From: Mesotaenium endlicherianum
Lineage: Eukaryota
Assembly (NCBI GenBank): GCA_009602735.1
Contig: WELA01001079.1
Span: 1 to 64,000, forward strand
Direction of reading: 5' to 3'
DNA: 64,000 bases
Shown: piece by piece, positions 60,085 through 64,000 of the stretch
Numbering within the stretch: position 1 is the first letter of the stretch
Layout of the letters: each line of letters begins with the position of its first letter
The notes under the pieces: model-generated
Told to the model about the DNA's origin: nothing
What the model saw: the letters and a program-made list of their open reading frames with translations, nothing else
Databases searched by the model: none
Made by a program: the position numbers and the translations under genes

Positions 60085-63000
60085 TGAAAGTGGCAGAGTG
60101 CCCTAGTCGAAGTAACTCACGGGTCAAAGAACTAGTTGCAAATATACTAAAGAGTGCAACGGCATATCACTAAGAAAGCTTGAGAAAATTACTCAACATT
60201 TTGAGGAGCAAGAAACTGCTCCCAAATGATGTCAGATGAAAGGCCTTGTCATTACAAACCTGTAGAAATTTATCAAAGTAAAAAATTGATCCCCTCCAGA
60301 ATATTCGTGAGTAAGCCAGATAAGTCTCATCTGACGTGTCGGGTTGATTTGACGTCCACATATATGCACTGACATATCTAGAATATACTAACTTAGGCGT
60401 GCTAGTCTAAATCGAACCTTCCAGGTAAATCGACCTAGTCGGCACTCCGCGTCAACCGAACTTACGTGAAGGTTCTAGTTCACTATAACGGGCCAGACGG
60501 CTCAACGCTGTCGGTCAATCCGACAGTTGCCCTCACCGCGAATTAGGGACAGTCGTCAACCGACCTCAAAACTAATTAAACTTCAGCAATATATAGCTCT
60601 CTTAATACTTGACCACATTCGATGAACTTAATATCAAAATGACCACAAAAATGTCGATTGAACTTACGTGAAGGTTTGAGTTCACTCTAACGGGCAAGAG
60701 CGCATGCGCCTGTCGGTCAATCCGACGGTCGCGCTCACCGTCCACATAACATCGCCAACTCCTCAGAGCCTGGATAATAGCCAACATCTCTCGCTCGTGT
60801 GCTGCATAATTTTGCTCGGCAGGTTTCAACTTCCTGCTCTCATATGCCACAGGCTGCAATCCTTGGAGAAGAAAGGCTCCCACTGCAAAGTTTGATGCGT
60901 GCGTGATGACGGTGAAAGGAAGCTTTGGACTGGCAATTGCCACCACAGGTGCCTGTGTCAACAACTCTTTAATTTTCTCGAACGCTCGCTGCTCCTTCTC
61001 ACCCCATGGCCACTTCTCTAGCTTCTTTAACATGTTCGTGAGCGGTGCACACGCCTTGGCAAATCCTCCAATGAAGCGTCGACAATACTTTGTGATGCCA
61101 AGGAAACTCTTGAGTTGATGAATATCAGCAGGTACCGGCCAATATCTGACTGCTTGCACCTTCTTTTGCTCCACCTTGACTTCTTCAGCTCCCACAATGT
61201 GCCCAAGAAACTCAACCTCTTTGAGACAGACGTCGCACTTCCGCATCTTCCCATATAATTTCTGATCTCTGAAGACATCCAACACCTTCCCCAGATGCTC
61301 CACATCAACCCAAAAGGCATGAGTGTGAACTCAAACAAGTCATAGCGAGTCCTGAAAGCAGTCTTCTGAACGTCTCCTTTCGCAATCCATACCTTGTGAT
61401 AGCCACTCCTCAAATCGATCATCGAGAAATACTTTGCCCCAAGATGCCTGTCAATCAAATCGTCCACTCGTGGAAGTGGGTACCTGTTCTTGATGGTGAC
61501 CTTGTTAAGTGCTCGGTAGTCGACACACATCCTCATAGTCCCATCCTTCTTCTTCACAAGTAAGACTGGCGCTGCAAATGGAGACTCGCTGGGTTGGATG
61601 AATTTCCTTCTCCAACAACTCTGTGAGCTGGTTCCTCAACTCATCCAACTCCGCAAACGAATCACAAAAGACAGTTCTCACAGGTGGCTTGCTTCGTGGT
61701 TCCAACTCAACCTTGTGCTCCATAGCTCTCTGTGGAGGTAATTCTGCAGGTAGCTCCTCAGGATATACGCACTTGAACTCCTCCAACAGCGCCTTAATTT
61801 GGGCAGGCATCACAGGTGGCTTCTTCTCTTGAGCAATTGGGCTCTGCTCCTAGTGAGCAAGGGGATCAGACACCACTACTTGCTCCTTCGACGATGTACA
61901 TTTGCCTAGGCTGTTAGGATTCACGCTTGTTTCATCTGACGACCTGGCCAGGGCCATCGAAAGAAAGTACATCTCCTTCACCTAATTTGCCCTGCATAGC
62001 TTCTTAACTTGCAGGCTCGACAAAAGATAGTTACTTGTGGTCGTATCTACCTCCACCTGTTTCGCTGTCTACATTTGACCCTTGGACCTTCACTTGTCTT
62101 GTGCTCCAGTGCACATGAGCGTTGGCTTTCCTCAGCCATGGTCGGCCCAATATCACCTCATCGTGACCCAACTCTGCCTGCTCAATAACTTCCTCACTCT
62201 GGTGCCCCGCTACTTCCACGTGAATAGCTTTCGTAGTGCACCACACTTGAGTCTCTGCCCATTCGCCAAAATTGCCTCCTTAGGCTCACAATACTTCTGC
62301 ACAGGGACTCCCCCCTCTTTCACGAGCTTCTTGTGCATTGTCGACCATACACTTCGCCTTGTTGCCGTCGACTACTTCTTCCACAATGATAGGCTTGTCA
62401 ACGTCTCGTCCTTTGCTTCCCGGCAGGCTTCGTGGGATAGCCTCCTTGTGAGTTCTCGTCTTCACGCCAGTAGACACCCCAGAACGACTTACTGGCGTCC
62501 TCCTTTTTCGTGCTGTTGAGGTTGCTTCGCCTTCACATGACAGTCTCGAGCCAGATGTCCAAGCTTGCCGCAATGATAGCACGGTCTTCTTGACTTGATA
62601 TTCTGCTGCCTGGGCTGGTACTGAACAAGTCCCAACTCCATAGGTACTGGACCTTGAACATTTGTGCTTGGCGCTTGAGGTCTGAAATGTCGATATCCTC
62701 CAGAGTTGTGGCGGCCCCATTGCCTCTGACTATACTCCACAGCGTCGACCCTCGTTGCCAACGCCATCATTTCTCCAAGACTAGTAGGGTCCTTGAGCGC
62801 CATTCTTTGGCCACAGTTGGTTTGAGTCCTCTCTTGAACTTGTCCATCATCTCCGACTCGTGCATAGATGGACATTGAAGTACCACCTCGTTGAAGCGCG
62901 AAACATACTCCTGAACGCTTCTTCGTTGACGAAGGCGCACCACTAGATCTCGAGCGGTAGCCTTGGGTGCAATAGGTTGAAATTGCCTCTTCAAGCCTTC

Positions 63001-64000
63001 AACTAGCTAATCAACTGTCGCTCATACCAAGCTCCTGCACTCTTTTACAGCAAAGATATGACAAAGGCGACTTGCCTGTCGGGCGTGAGCGCAAAATATT
63101 CCATAAACTTCTTCACTCCAAAAATCCATTTATGAACAGGCGGCGATCCACGCTCTCCAATATATGTTTCACGCTTAGGCGCACGCACTCTTAATGTGGG
63201 TGGACTAACTGGTTGCACCACTGGGTTACCATAAACAGCTGCAGGTGCCAAACCCTCCTCCAATACTAGATGAAAGGGGCAGAGTGCCCTAGTGGAAGCG
63301 TAGTAACTCACGAGGAAAGGAAGTAGTTGCTATCATACTAAAGAGTGCAGCGGCATATCACTAAGAAAGCTTGAAAATTACTCAACATTTTCAGTAGCAA
63401 AAAACTGCTCACAAATGATGTAGGATAAAAGGCCTTGTCATTACAAATCCGTCAAAAAATACAGAAGTGTAAACTGATGAGAAATGAAGTAATTATGCCT
63501 ATTTATAATTTTCTGACCTAAGTCCTATTCTCTAGACGGGAGCGCCGTTTAGCAACGGAATTATTCAAGTGTTTGTCAAATCATCCCCTCCAAAATACTC
63601 ATAAGTAAGCTAGGTCAGTCTCATCTGACGTGTCGGGTCGATTTGACGTCCACATGCATGCATCTAGAATATACTAACTTAGGCGCGCTAGTCTAAACCG
63701 AAATTTCTAGGAAAATCGACTTAGTTGACACATCGCGTCAGCCAAACTTACGTGAAGGTTCGGGTTCACTCTAACGGGCCAGATCGCTTGTCGCTGTCGG
63801 TCAATCCGACGGTTGCGCTCACCGCAAATTAAGGACAGTCTACAACCGATCTCAAAACTGATTAAACTTTAAAAATCCATAAATCTCTCAACACTCGACC
63901 AAATTTGATGAACTTTATATCAAAATGACCACAAACATGCACTCCAAAAAACTATACAATCAAAACATACTTTCATGAAACTCATATATGCACTGTACAA
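60085..64000 (-). mobile_element. Family-2 Gypsy element F remnant: deleted and rearranged LTR (60085-60740), RH/RT/PR/gag fragments, 5' LTR from 63271 to the window end
   Basis: LTR homology; [22 protein letters not shown]...CYHCGKLGHLARDC; integrase absent (RNase H fused to LTR at 60740). Confidence 0.88.

Overview
Eukaryotic, TE-dense window, most likely from a streptophyte/charophyte green alga or other non-seed plant (an inference from the element families). There is one intact host gene, a 4-exon maspardin/SPG21-like alpha/beta-hydrolase (33696-36195). The rest is nested, mostly decayed mobile DNA: two chromovirus-type Ty3/Gypsy families (one complete copy with TSD at 45119-50748 and seven LTR copies of that family), one Ty1/Copia with TSD (16069-20509), two hAT-type MITEs and a TTAA-flanked piggyBac-like insert. 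Two systems stand out. (1) Three mutually divergent C5 DNA-cytosine methyltransferase domains. Two sit inside Gypsy polyproteins directly after the protease, and one of those elements also ends its integrase in a PHD finger instead of a chromodomain. (2) Two copies of a ~6-kb DNA transposon with CACATGC-type ends. It encodes a decayed RAG1/Transib/Chapaev-like DDE transposase and a convergent second gene with a zinc finger. All protein calls come from motif recognition by eye; no searches were run.
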